DNA of 64,000 bases from a bacterium (GTDB lineage Archaea; Thermoplasmatota; Thermoplasmata; Lutacidiplasmatales; UBA184), in the NCBI GenBank assembly GCA_027309555.1, contig DAIDCO010000001.1, forward strand, positions 13,036-77,035. Reading direction: 5' to 3'. Numbering within the stretch: the stretch's first letter is position 1; every line of letters begins with the position of its first letter. Positions 9,927 to 19,242 of this stretch are shown piece by piece. The notes under the pieces are model-generated. The model did not search any database and had not been told where the DNA came from. It worked only from the letters and a program-made list of their open reading frames with translations. Both the position numbers and the translations under genes were made by a program.

Positions 9927-11123
9927 ATGCCGGAAGCTTCCCCGCGCCATCCCTCCGCCCAACGGGTCGACCGTACACTGTCGGAGAACGGGCTGAGCGG
10001 ACGGGTCCGGGAGCTCCCTTCATCGACGCGTACCGCGGCCGAAGCGGCCGCGGCCGTGGGCTGCGACGTAGGGCAGATCGTGAAGTCCCTCGTATTCCGG
10101 ACCGAGCGCTCGCACCGGCCGGTCCTCGTTCTCGCGAGCGGGGCGCACCGGGTGGACGAGGCGGTGATGGCGCGCTTCGTGGGCGAGCCGATCACCCGGG
10201 CGGATCCGGAGTACGCCCGTACGGTCACCGGGTTCGCGATCGGCGGGGTCCCGCCGGCTGGACACCCCGCTCCACTCCCCACGTTCGTGGACTATGATCT
10301 CCTCGAGCAGCCGGAGGTCTGGGCTGCCGCCGGCCACCCTCACGCCGTGTGCCGACTCACCTCTTCGGAATTGCTACGCCTGACCAGGGGTCGCCCGGTC
10401 CCCGTCGTTCCGCTCGACGCCCCGACGGTTCCTGCCCGGGCCTGGGTCACCTTCGATTGCCTGGGCACGCTGGTCGACTGGCGCCGGGGATTCCTCGATG
10501 CGATCCGGCCCCTGGTCCGTGGCGCGAGCCCCGCGGCGACGTCCGCCCTCTTCGAGTCCTACCTCGTCGAGGAACAGCGGCTCGAAGCCGGACCGTATCT
10601 CCCCTACCGAGAGATTATGGTCGCAGCGCTCCGCTCGGCGGCGGGCGCCGGCGGGATCCTCCTTTCTCGTTCCGACGCCGAACGGATTCCCGAGTCGATC
10701 CCTCAGTGGCCGCTTTTCCCCGATACCCGGGGGGCGATCGATGGGCTCCGGTCGCGGGGCCTTTGCGTCGGGGTGCTCTCGAACATCGACCGCGACCTCC
10801 TCGACCAGACCCTGAGGGCGCATGGGCTCGGGACCACGATGTCGGTCACCGCCGAAGAGGTGCGAGCCTACAAACCGTCCCCGGCCCACTGGATCCGTTT
10901 CCTCAAGGCGACGGGCGCCGATCCCCAGAGCGTCTGGCACGTGGCGGGGGAGTACGCCTACGACATCCCTCCGGCCTCGCGTCTCGGCTTCCACACGGCG
11001 TTCGTGGCGCGGTATCGCGAGGCGCCGGCCGCGTCCGAGGCCGACCTCGAGGTGCGCGACCTCGGGGAGCTCCTTCGCTCACCCCTCGGGGGAGTGACCG
11101 GAGCTGCCCCGGGGTCGAGTTAG
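9927..11123 (+). CDS. fusion protein: YbaK/aminoacyl-tRNA deacylase domain plus HAD (type II dehalogenase-like) hydrolase
   Basis: The N-terminal half resembles the YbaK/EbsC editing domain (TAAEAAAAVGCDVGQIVKSLVF...GGVPPAGH). The C-terminal half has HAD motif I (VTFDCLGTLVDW) and YKP/SN.D motifs. Confidence 0.75.
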   Translation: MPEASPRHPSAQRVDRTLSENGLSGRVRELPSSTRTAAEAAAAVGCDVGQIVKSLVFRTERSHRPVLVLASGAHRVDEAVMARFVGEPITRADPEYARTVTGFAIGGVPPAGHPAPLPTFVDYDLLEQPEVWAAAGHPHAVCRLTSSELLRLTRGRPVPVVPLDAPTVPARAWVTFDCLGTLVDWRRGFLDAIRPLVRGASPAATSALFESYLVEEQRLEAGPYLPYREIMVAALRSAAGAGGILLSRSDAERIPESIPQWPLFPDTRGAIDGLRSRGLCVGVLSNIDRDLLDQTLRAHGLGTTMSVTAEEVRAYKPSPAHWIRFLKATGADPQSVWHVAGEYAYDIPPASRLGFHTAFVARYREAPAASEADLEVRDLGELLRSPLGGVTGAAPGSS

Positions 11124-11284
11124 TACGAACCTCGAGGGAGCGAGACCAAGGCGGAATCCCCATCGGCGGCGGCTCCCCGCGGCCGAGCATAGTTCGCGAC
11201 CGATCGGGACTCGGGCAGCAATGGGGAACGGAGCTTCGGGATTCTTCCGAGACTCCCAGGCCCAACTCGATGCGATGCCTCCCT

Positions 11285-11764
11285 TCAGGGGGGCGGCCGA
11301 GCCCGCACCGGCGGGTCGGTGGGCGACGAAGAGGTAGGAGCGAGAGGGGGGGCGTCGTCGATCCACGAGCGCGACCCCAGACCGCGCCCCAGACGCTCGA
11401 ACCAAGAGCCCGGTACTGGAGTGTCGGGTCTCCGGGGCCCCACCGGCGCGAAGGAGGCGGTAGGTCTTCCCCCCGCGGTGGGCCCCTCCGCCGGGGCGGG
11501 TCGTAGAGATACGAGGGCCTGGTACGACGTGTACACGCCCGCGGTAAACAGAAGCATGCTCAGAAAAGCCATTCCGATGGCCGCCAACGAGTGGGGAACG
11601 ACGCACACCGTCGTGCCGGGTCCGTACGAGATCGGAATGCAGAACGTGAACAGCACGACCGCGGCGATCGCGCTCGCCGCAGAGAACACTATCAGGAAGA
11701 TCGACCCGAGGGCCCAGCCGTAGAACTCGCGGAGTGGAGGAAAGGCCGACGGGCGCTCGCTCAT
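11285..11764 (-). CDS. hypothetical small membrane protein
   Basis: ATG at 11764 (MSERPSAF). Three hydrophobic helices are followed by a P/G/R-rich tail. The tail may be non-coding read-through. Confidence 0.4.
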   Translation of the reverse strand: MSERPSAFPPLREFYGWALGSIFLIVFSAASAIAAVVLFTFCIPISYGPGTTVCVVPHSLAAIGMAFLSMLLFTAGVYTSYQALVSLRPAPAEGPTAGGRPTASFAPVGPRRPDTPVPGSWFERLGRGLGSRSWIDDAPPLAPTSSSPTDPPVRARPPP

Positions 11765-11904
11765 CGCTCGAGCTGCGACCTCGGGAATGCGACGGCGAAC
11801 CCCAGCGTGCGCGCAGGGTGGGAACCTCCCTCGACCGCGGGGGGCCCGGCGCGGCTCCGAGAGGGGCGAGACGTCGGAAGGCGTACACCCCGGCGGTTGC
11901 CCGC

Positions 11905-12230
11905 CGGAGCGGCCAGGTGGTGGTAGTAAGCCCCTTTCGGTTTCAGGCAGCATTCGACTGCGCGCTCTCCTCGACGGTCAGGGAGACTCCTCATCCCGTC
12001 CCTCAGGGCTTGCTCCCGGGGAGTCGGCCGTTTCATCATATCCCGATGGAGCCTCCGATGCACCATCTTCACCGTCCCATCGGGCTGTGTCGTTTCTGCT
12101 CCGGAGCTCGGACTCTCGCCCGTCGGGCTCCCACCCGACCCCGTGTCTCCCGGAGAGGGGACTTTCCTCAGCGGCCGGCCGTTGCCGGCTCGGTCCACCG
12201 TCAGCTGCCCTCCACCTCCTGGCGGGCCGG
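11905..12230 (-). ncRNA. rnpB: RNase P RNA (archaeal type A)
   Basis: The minus strand reads ...GCCGGCAACGGCCGGCCGCUGAGGAAAGUCCCCUC..., a P3-like hairpin plus the universal CR-I GAGGAAAGUCC. Downstream come ...AUGAAACGGCC... and ...GAAAGGGGCUUACUACC... (CR-IV/V-like GGCUUA). 5' GCCAGGAGGUGG (12212-12223) pairs with 3' CCACCACCUGGC (11912-11923) as P1/P2. No plausible ORF. Ends are approximate. Confidence 0.75.
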
Positions 12231-12448
12231 GAAGAGTCGGGGAGGCCCTTAGCCCTTGCCTTCGTTTCGTCCCGTTCCGGGTCGCGTCGAGCGCAGGGGG
12301 CGGGAGGGGAGTACCTTCACGGCGGTGACCATGGCTTCGGAACGCCCAAGGCGAGACGAGGCGTTCGCGTCGGCGATCTCCGAAGCTCCTACTCCCCCGG
12401 CGAGGCTCCGCGCAGGGAGGGGAAAGCCCGAAATCCTCCGTCCGTGTC

Positions 12449-13189
12449 GTGGGGGACGCGCCCGCTCCTCCTCCGGCCCGCAGCCCGCCCCCGCAAACGG
12501 CGGTGGTGCCGACCGAAAAGCGGGGCACCACCCCCTCCCTCGTCCCGTGCCTTCTCCTGAAGGCCGGGGAGGTCTATCGGCCCGGTCCGGACGGACCCGA
12601 GGTTGCCCGTACTCCGAAGGGGGTCCCGTTCGACCCGTTCGACGTGGTGGACCGACTCTCGCCGGACTACGCGCTCTTGTACGTGGTCGACCTGGACGGC
12701 ATCGAGCGGGAGGACCCGCAGCTCGATTACCTTCAGGAGCTTTCCCGCGATATGACCCTCTGGGTCGACGCGGGCGTTCGCACCGCGGACCACGCGATCG
12801 ACATCTTGGTCTCGGGCGCTCGTCGCGTTGTGCTGTCGAGCGCGTACCTCCAGGGGCCGAAGCAGCTCGCCCGGGCTTGGAAACTGAGTCCCGAGATCGT
12901 CTTCGAGATCGAGCTCGACGGCACACACGTCGCACCGGCCCACGCGGATTGGGATGCGCAGGACCCGGTCGCGCTCGCCCGCGCCGTACGCGCGATGGGA
13001 CCGGACCACCTGATCCTCTCCCCCCGCGAGAAGGAACCCGACTGGGCGCTCGTGCGCTCGGTCTCGGCCGATGGGCCCACCTGGGTCGACGGCGCTTTCT
13101 CGGTCGAAGAGTCCGGCCGTCTTACGGATTCCGGCGCCCGCGGTGGGATCTTCCATCTCACCGATCTGCTCGATCATTGGGAGGGTTGA
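12449..13189 (+). CDS. HisA/HisF-like (beta/alpha)8-barrel family protein
   Basis: The pattern ...LLLKAGEV...YVVDLDGIE...WVDAGVR...GARRVVLSS... resembles the HisA/HisF-related barrel family. The start is uncertain because the first ~30 codons are P-rich. Confidence 0.55.
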   Translation: MGDAPAPPPARSPPPQTAVVPTEKRGTTPSLVPCLLLKAGEVYRPGPDGPEVARTPKGVPFDPFDVVDRLSPDYALLYVVDLDGIEREDPQLDYLQELSRDMTLWVDAGVRTADHAIDILVSGARRVVLSSAYLQGPKQLARAWKLSPEIVFEIELDGTHVAPAHADWDAQDPVALARAVRAMGPDHLILSPREKEPDWALVRSVSADGPTWVDGAFSVEESGRLTDSGARGGIFHLTDLLDHWEG

Positions 13190-13970
13190 CTCGCATCGGC
13201 CTTTCTCCGAGCCGGCGGCGCGACGCTGTGCGCGATGATGATGACTAGAACCAGCTGAATCATGATGAGTGATGGGCGAGCTGAGCGCACCTCGGTAGAC
13301 GCGTCCTGCGAATCCCCTGGGAGAGCCTCCCGACCGGCTCGAAGCATCGGCGTTTCACCTCGGCCGTTCGGACTAGGTCGCTTCCGGAATCGGGCGGTTG
13401 TCGTCGTGCAGTCTCAGAGCGAAGGTACTCTTCATCTGCAGGAATCCTCCGAGCGGTTTCCGGATTCGTCCGCCTCCGCACCTAGCGTCGGGCAGGGGTA
13501 GCGGACTTCGGAGCTTTCCCGGGTGGCGCGGTAAGGTCCATCGTTCGCGCCCCCCTCGGTACCTGCGCTCGCCCTAGTGTGTTACGACGACCCGATGCTC
13601 GGGCGCACCGCGATCCCTGGCCGTCGCCCCCGTTACATTCTCCCGAAACGACTCGGTCTCTGCTTCGAGGGAAGTCGTGCCGGCCATGCAGCGGGCTCGG
13701 AACTGGCCGCGAGGCACGTTGCGCCGGGCAGGTTCCCCCGGAGACTGACCGCCTTTTCCAGCGCTCGTTCGGCCGAAGTCAGACGCCAGTTCGAAGCTCC
13801 CGGGACCGCCTCTTCGCCTCCCACGGCGGATTCCTTCCCTGCCCTCCCCGACCATTCCCGGCGCCGGGAGCCACCGCCTCCGGAGGGGTTGGGAGTGAGA
13901 ACGGTGGGTCTGAGCCATGAGGCCGGACACCGAGACGCCGGAGTCAGCGGGGGCCAGACGTAGGTGGAGC

Positions 13971-14393
13971 CTACGGTTTCGATTCGAACCGGTCGACTGC
14001 TCCGAACGCGTAGACTCGCGGCGCGTCGCCGTCGAGGACGGCCCTCTCCGCCACCGTCGCGGGTCGAGGCCGAAGGCCGAACCAGAAGAGCAAGAGGAGT
14101 GCGATCGATCCCCCCAGGAACGTCGGAGTGCTCACCAGATCGGTGATCGACGGAGAGTAGTACCCCATCATTCCGAGAGTGCCGAAGACTCCCGCGAGGA
14201 CGTACGTGATGGCCACGATAACGAACAGCACGGCGAGACGCGTCCGACGGCCGTGAAGGAAAACGGCGTAGGCCAAGCCGTCCTGGAGTCCCCCCGCGAG
14301 CCAGAGGCGCACGAACAGTCCAAGGCCCACGACGAGCAGCAGGGTGGGAACCAGCAGCAACACCAACCCGACGACAAGAAGGAGCGGTCCCAT
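13971..14393 (-). CDS. hypothetical membrane protein
   Basis: 140 aa with four hydrophobic helices. No family recognised. Confidence 0.5.
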   Translation of the reverse strand: MGPLLLVVGLVLLLVPTLLLVVGLGLFVRLWLAGGLQDGLAYAVFLHGRRTRLAVLFVIVAITYVLAGVFGTLGMMGYYSPSITDLVSTPTFLGGSIALLLLFWFGLRPRPATVAERAVLDGDAPRVYAFGAVDRFESKP

Positions 14394-14580
14394 TCGGGCC
14401 TACCTGCCACGGTTTCGAGACGACGGTTCATAAGGTTATGTCCCAACCCGCCGTGCGAATGGCAGCGGCAGGGCGAGGGCGGGATGTCGGTAGGATGGCC
14501 CGAAGGGTCGAGGGAGATCCGCCCCCTCCACGGGCACGAAGCCTTTTTGGTAAGCCACTAAGTCCTCTCGCTGAGGCGTC

Positions 14581-16497
14581 ATGCTCGAGGGGGAGCCCGT
14601 CCACATCCGATTCCCGGACGGCCGGGGCGTTGACGTACCGCGCGGCACGCCCGCCGGCGGGGCGCTTGCCCTCTGGGACCCCGGTCGAGCCGGCACCTTC
14701 CTCGCCGCGCTCTGGAAGGGTCTTCCCGTGGACCTCGCGAGCCCGCTCCTCGAAGGGGGGGAGCTCGCTCCGCTCTCGTTCGCGGACCGGGCCGGGCGCG
14801 ACATCCTCCAGCACTCGGCGGCCCATCTCCTGGCGAAGGCCCTCGTAGAGACGATCCCCGAGGCCCGGCCGACCGTGGGCCCTCCGACCGACGAAGGATT
14901 CTACTACGACTTCGAGGTCCGGCCGCTCACTCCCGGCGACCTCGACGCGATCCGAACCGCGATGCACCGCTCCGTGCAGGCTCGCGAAGCGTTCCGTCGG
15001 CGCGAGGTGTCGAGGGATGAAGCTCGCACGCTCTTCGCACGCAATCCGTACAAGCTGAGGTACATCGCGGAGGTCCCGGAGGGAGAAGCCGTGTCGGTCT
15101 ACGACACCGGCGCTTTCACCGACCTCTGCCGGGGCCCCCACGTGCCCGACACCGGATGGCTCGCGGGGGTCCACGTGCTCGGATTCTCGGCGATCACTCC
15201 GGACGCCCCCGGCTCGGTCCCGCTGCAGCGGGTGCGCGGAGTGGGCTTTCCGACCCCGAAGGAGCTCGAGGCGTACCTCAAGCTTCGCGCGGAAGCCGAG
15301 GCGCGCGACCATCGCACGATCGGTTCGCGCCAGGAGCTCTTCCTGTTCCTGGACGAAGCGCCGGGATTCCCGATCTGGCTGCCGAAGGGGATGGTCATGG
15401 TCCGCGAGCTCGAGAAGTTCGTGACGGAGCACCTCAGGGAGGCGGGCTACGCCGAGATCCGGACCCCGCTCCTGTTCGCCCAGTCCGTCTACGAGACGAG
15501 CGGCCATTGGGAGCACTACCGGGAGAACATGTTCCTGTCGACGGTCGAGAACCGGGTCTTCGGTTGGAAGCCGATGAACTGCCCGGGCTCGATGCTCGTG
15601 TTCGGGTCGCGCTCGCGCAGCTACCGGGAGCTCCCCCTGCGCCTCGCGGAGTTCGCCCCCCTCCATCGGCTCGAGGCGAGCGGCACGCTGCACGGCCTGA
15701 CCCGGGTGCGGGAGCTCGTCCAGGACGACGCGCACATCTTCTGCACGGAGGAACAGGTCGAAGCCGAGATCCGGGTCCTGCTGCGCTGGATCCGCGAGGC
15801 GTTCTCCACCTTTCGGCTCACCTGGTCCTACGAGCTCTCGACTCGGCCGGCGAAGTTCCTCGGGGAGGCGGCGCTCTGGGACCGGGCCGAGGCCACGCTC
15901 GAAAAGCTGCTCAAGGAGTCCGGGATCGAGTACCGGGTCTCTCCCGGGGAAGGCGCGTTCTACGGCCCGAAGATCGACATCCACATTCGCGACTCGCTCG
16001 GCCGGCCCTGGCAGACCGGAACAATCCAGCTCGACTACCAGATCCCGCAGCGATTCCGGCTCGAGTACCAAGGGCCGGACGGCCAGCTCCACACGCCGGT
16101 GGTGGTCCACCGCACCATCCTCGGGACGTGGGAGCGCTTCCTCGGCGTGGTGATCGAGCACTGCGCGGGTCGCTTTCCCCCCTGGCTCGCCCCGGTGCAG
16201 GCGAGGATCCTGCCGGTCACCGAGCATCAGGCCCCTGGGGCGAACGGGCTCGCCGACGAGCTGCGGGCCGTCGGGCTACGCGTCGAGGTCGGGGGGACGG
16301 AGGAGTCGCTCGCGAAGCGGGTGCGGACGGCCGAGCTGGACCGCGTCCCGTACATCGCCGTCCTCGGGGAGCGCGAGATCGCCGACGGGAGCGTCGCCCT
16401 GCGGGTCCGCGGCCAGAAGGCGAACCGGCCGATGTCCCGACCGGAGTTTGTCGAGTACGTGCGGGACCGGGTGCGCCGGCGCGAGTACGATCCCTAG
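14581..16497 (+). CDS. thrS: threonine--tRNA ligase
   Basis: N-terminal TGS-like domain, editing-domain HSAAHLL motif, class II core and a C-terminal anticodon-binding domain. Length is 638 aa. Confidence 0.97.
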   Translation: MLEGEPVHIRFPDGRGVDVPRGTPAGGALALWDPGRAGTFLAALWKGLPVDLASPLLEGGELAPLSFADRAGRDILQHSAAHLLAKALVETIPEARPTVGPPTDEGFYYDFEVRPLTPGDLDAIRTAMHRSVQAREAFRRREVSRDEARTLFARNPYKLRYIAEVPEGEAVSVYDTGAFTDLCRGPHVPDTGWLAGVHVLGFSAITPDAPGSVPLQRVRGVGFPTPKELEAYLKLRAEAEARDHRTIGSRQELFLFLDEAPGFPIWLPKGMVMVRELEKFVTEHLREAGYAEIRTPLLFAQSVYETSGHWEHYRENMFLSTVENRVFGWKPMNCPGSMLVFGSRSRSYRELPLRLAEFAPLHRLEASGTLHGLTRVRELVQDDAHIFCTEEQVEAEIRVLLRWIREAFSTFRLTWSYELSTRPAKFLGEAALWDRAEATLEKLLKESGIEYRVSPGEGAFYGPKIDIHIRDSLGRPWQTGTIQLDYQIPQRFRLEYQGPDGQLHTPVVVHRTILGTWERFLGVVIEHCAGRFPPWLAPVQARILPVTEHQAPGANGLADELRAVGLRVEVGGTEESLAKRVRTAELDRVPYIAVLGEREIADGSVALRVRGQKANRPMSRPEFVEYVRDRVRRREYDP

Positions 16498-16688
16498 AGC
16501 CGGGACCGGCGGGCGCGTCGCGCCTCGATGCGGGCCTCGAGGAAGTGCTTCTCGAGGGACGACGAATCGAGCTGGTGCTCGGAGCGCAGGTGGTCGCGCA
16601 TCCGAGCCATCTCCACGGGGCGTTCGCAGATCGCGCAGTAGACGCGCTGCCGGCGGGTTCCCGAGTCCCGCTCTGGCATCGATTGCAT
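16494..16688 (-). CDS. small C2H2 zinc-finger protein
   Basis: ATG at 16688. The 64-aa product has C-x2-C-x11-H-x4-H (YCAICERPVEMARMRDHLRSEH). Its stop overlaps the thrS stop inside CTAG. Confidence 0.5.
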   Translation of the reverse strand: MQSMPERDSGTRRQRVYCAICERPVEMARMRDHLRSEHQLDSSSLEKHFLEARIEARRARRSRL

Positions 16689-16818
16689 ACGCGCGCGGTT
16701 GGCACTCGGGGGAGTATAGAACCGATGGTGCACTGCCAACGCGGAACGCGGCCCGCCCGGGCCGGCAAGGTTTAATTGGGGTCCCTCCTGAGCGGCCCTA
16801 ACCCTCGAGGAACGCACG

Positions 16819-18939
16819 ATGGAACTCACCACCGGACAGCTCGAAATCCTGATCTTCCTTGCCGGAGCGATCGGCCTCGTCTACGCGGCGGTCCAGACCG
16901 CGCTCGTCCTTCGCGAGGACGACGGGGACGAGCGGATGAAGGAGATCGCAGGGGCGATCCGGGAAGGCGCGATCGCCTTCCTGCGCCGAGAGTACACGGT
17001 CGTCTTCGTGGTCGCCGTGGTCCTCTCCGTCGTCATCGCGTTCGCGTTTGGGATCACCGGCGACGGCTGGAAGCTTTCGGTCGGCTTCCTCTTCGGGGTG
17101 GCCGGGAGCGCCCTCGCCGGGGCGGTCGGGATGCTCGTGAGCATCCGGGCGAACGTCCGGACGGCGGCCCACGCCCGGCGTGGGAACCTCGCGGCCACGA
17201 TGAGCTTCGCCTTCCGCGGGGGCAGCGTCACGGGGATGTCGGTCGCGAGCCTGGCGCTCATCGAACTCGTCGGATTCTACTGGGCGTTCAACGGCAATGT
17301 CCTCAGCATGGTGGGGGTCCTCTTCGGGGCCTCTCTCATGAGCCTCTTTGCCCGCGTTGGCGGCGGCATCTACACCAAGGGGGCGGACGTCGGGACCGAC
17401 CTGGTCGGCAAGGTCGAGGCCGGGATCCCCGAGGACGACCCGCGCAACCCGGGGGTCATCGCGGACAACGTGGGGGACAACGTCGGCGACTGTGCCGGCA
17501 TGGCGGCCGACCTGTTCGAGACCTACGTCGTCACCGCGCTCTCCGCGATGCTCCTCGCCTATCTGATCGGGGCCGTTCCCGGGGCGACTCCGCTCCTTAC
17601 GCTCTTCCCGAACGCCATCCTCTTCCCGCTCCTCGTCTGCGCGTGGGCGATCGTCGCGACCATCGTCGGGACGCTCTTCGTCCGGATGCGGCGGGGCGGA
17701 TCGATCATGGGAGCCCTCTACCAGGGCCTCGGCGCGACGACGGCGGTCGGTCTCGTCGGCCTTTACCTCCTCGACTATTACTTCATGAACGGGAACCTGG
17801 GGATCTTTGTCGCCACGGCGGTCGGATTGATCGTCATGATCCTGATTGTCGTGTCGACCGACTACTACACGGGGACCAAGTACCGGCCCGTGCAGAAGAT
17901 CGCGGAGGCCGCTCAGGCGGGCGCGGGGCCGACCGTCATTAGCGGCCTCGCGGTGGGGCTCGAGTCCGCCTGGATCCCGGGCCTCGTCATCATCTCGGGC
18001 ACGCTCGCCGCGTACGCGGCGGCCGGCTGGTACTCCGGCTACTCGATGCACCCGGACCCCTACCTCGGCCTCTACGGGATCGGCCTCGCGGCCGCGAGCA
18101 TGCTCTCGGTCACGGGGATGATCATCTCGATCGACGCGTTCGGGCCGATCACCGACAACGCGGGGGGGATCGCCGAGATGGCGAAGCTGCCCGAGCAGGC
18201 GCGCGCGATCACCGACCCGCTCGACGCCGTCGGCAACACGACCAAGGCGATCACGAAGGGGTACGCGATCGGCTCGGCGGTCCTCGCGGCGCTCGCGCTC
18301 TTCGCGGCGTACACGTTTGCGGCCGCGGCCCAGTGGGGCCAGCCCTGGGGGACGTTCACCGGCCTCCTCACCCTCTCCGAGCCGCTCGTGGTCGCGGGGC
18401 TCGTCATCGGCGCGGTCCTTCCGTTCTTCTTCACCTCGTTCCTGATGCGCGCGGTCGGCATCGCGGCGGAAAAGATGGTCTTCGAGATCCGCCGCCAGTT
18501 CCACGAGATCGCCGGGATCCTCGAGGGGACGGGGAAGCCGGACTACGGCAAGTGCGTCGACATCGTGACCCTCACGGCCCTCCAGCAGCTCGCGGTCCCG
18601 GCGATCATCGCGGTCGCGACCCCGCTCGCGGTCGGCTTCCTCCTCGGGCCGGTGGCGCTTGCCGGGCTCCTGCTCGGCACGATCGTCTCAGGATTCCCGC
18701 TCGCGCTGATGATGACGACCGGCGGAGCGGCCTGGGACAACGGCAAGAAGTACATCGAGAGCGGCCACTACGGGGGCAAGCGCTCCGAAGCCCACAAGGC
18801 GGCGGTCGTCGGCGACACCGTCGGCGATGCGACGAAGGATACCGCGGGACCGGCGATCAACCCGCTGATCAAGGTCGTCAACACGATCTCGATCCTGTTC
18901 ATCGCGCTCATCGTGGCCCACTCGGTGATCCCGATCTAG
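16819..18939 (+). CDS. hppA: membrane-bound H+/K+-dependent pyrophosphatase
   Basis: Signature sequences GGIYTKGADVGTDLVGKVE and DNVGDNVGDCAGMAADLFETY. A 706-aa polytopic protein. Confidence 0.97.
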   Translation: MELTTGQLEILIFLAGAIGLVYAAVQTALVLREDDGDERMKEIAGAIREGAIAFLRREYTVVFVVAVVLSVVIAFAFGITGDGWKLSVGFLFGVAGSALAGAVGMLVSIRANVRTAAHARRGNLAATMSFAFRGGSVTGMSVASLALIELVGFYWAFNGNVLSMVGVLFGASLMSLFARVGGGIYTKGADVGTDLVGKVEAGIPEDDPRNPGVIADNVGDNVGDCAGMAADLFETYVVTALSAMLLAYLIGAVPGATPLLTLFPNAILFPLLVCAWAIVATIVGTLFVRMRRGGSIMGALYQGLGATTAVGLVGLYLLDYYFMNGNLGIFVATAVGLIVMILIVVSTDYYTGTKYRPVQKIAEAAQAGAGPTVISGLAVGLESAWIPGLVIISGTLAAYAAAGWYSGYSMHPDPYLGLYGIGLAAASMLSVTGMIISIDAFGPITDNAGGIAEMAKLPEQARAITDPLDAVGNTTKAITKGYAIGSAVLAALALFAAYTFAAAAQWGQPWGTFTGLLTLSEPLVVAGLVIGAVLPFFFTSFLMRAVGIAAEKMVFEIRRQFHEIAGILEGTGKPDYGKCVDIVTLTALQQLAVPAIIAVATPLAVGFLLGPVALAGLLLGTIVSGFPLALMMTTGGAAWDNGKKYIESGHYGGKRSEAHKAAVVGDTVGDATKDTAGPAINPLIKVVNTISILFIALIVAHSVIPI

Positions 18940-19242
18940 GGGCGGCCGCGAACGTTCCTCGGCCCCGAGGAGGCTCGTGCGCCGCGCCTCCCTGCGCGCG
19001 AGAGCGCGCACCCCGCGACGTTGATAAGGGGCCCCGCCCTGGGTCTAGACGAGGTGCCCAGGATGTGCGACACCTGCGGGTGTAAGTCGAAGAAGAAGCC
19101 GTGAGGTATCGCACCGGTCGATCCCCAGCGGACGACCCCGTGCCCTCGCTCGGAACCGCTTCCGTACCCACTTTCGGGTCGCGAACCCATTCCGGAATCG
19201 ACGGCAGAGTTTTTTCTGGGGCCGCTCCCTCTCGGCCCTCGC

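Noticed and set aside
13190-13970. Signal recognition particle (7S) RNA in the ORF-free gap
   Set aside because: I looked on both strands for the helix-8 signature (…GG(C/U)CCGGAAGG(G/A)AGCA…) and for a 5'/3' extended helix. I found only loose resemblances (GGUCAGUCUCCGGGGGAACC, CAGGGAAGGAAUCC, one UGUAAC). That is not enough to call.
13973-13995. tRNA-like T-arm sequence (cggtttcgattcgaaccgg)
   Set aside because: There is no matching acceptor, D or anticodon arm around it. It also lies in the 3' end of the 13971-14393 CDS. It is a coding palindrome, not a tRNA.
14428-16227. 599-aa minus-strand ORF opposite thrS
   Set aside because: It is antisense to a gene with unambiguous ThrRS motifs and has R/E/P/G-rich low-complexity sequence. 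The same reasoning rejects 15156-16775(+), 16798-18504(-) and 16776-17942(+) around thrS and hppA.
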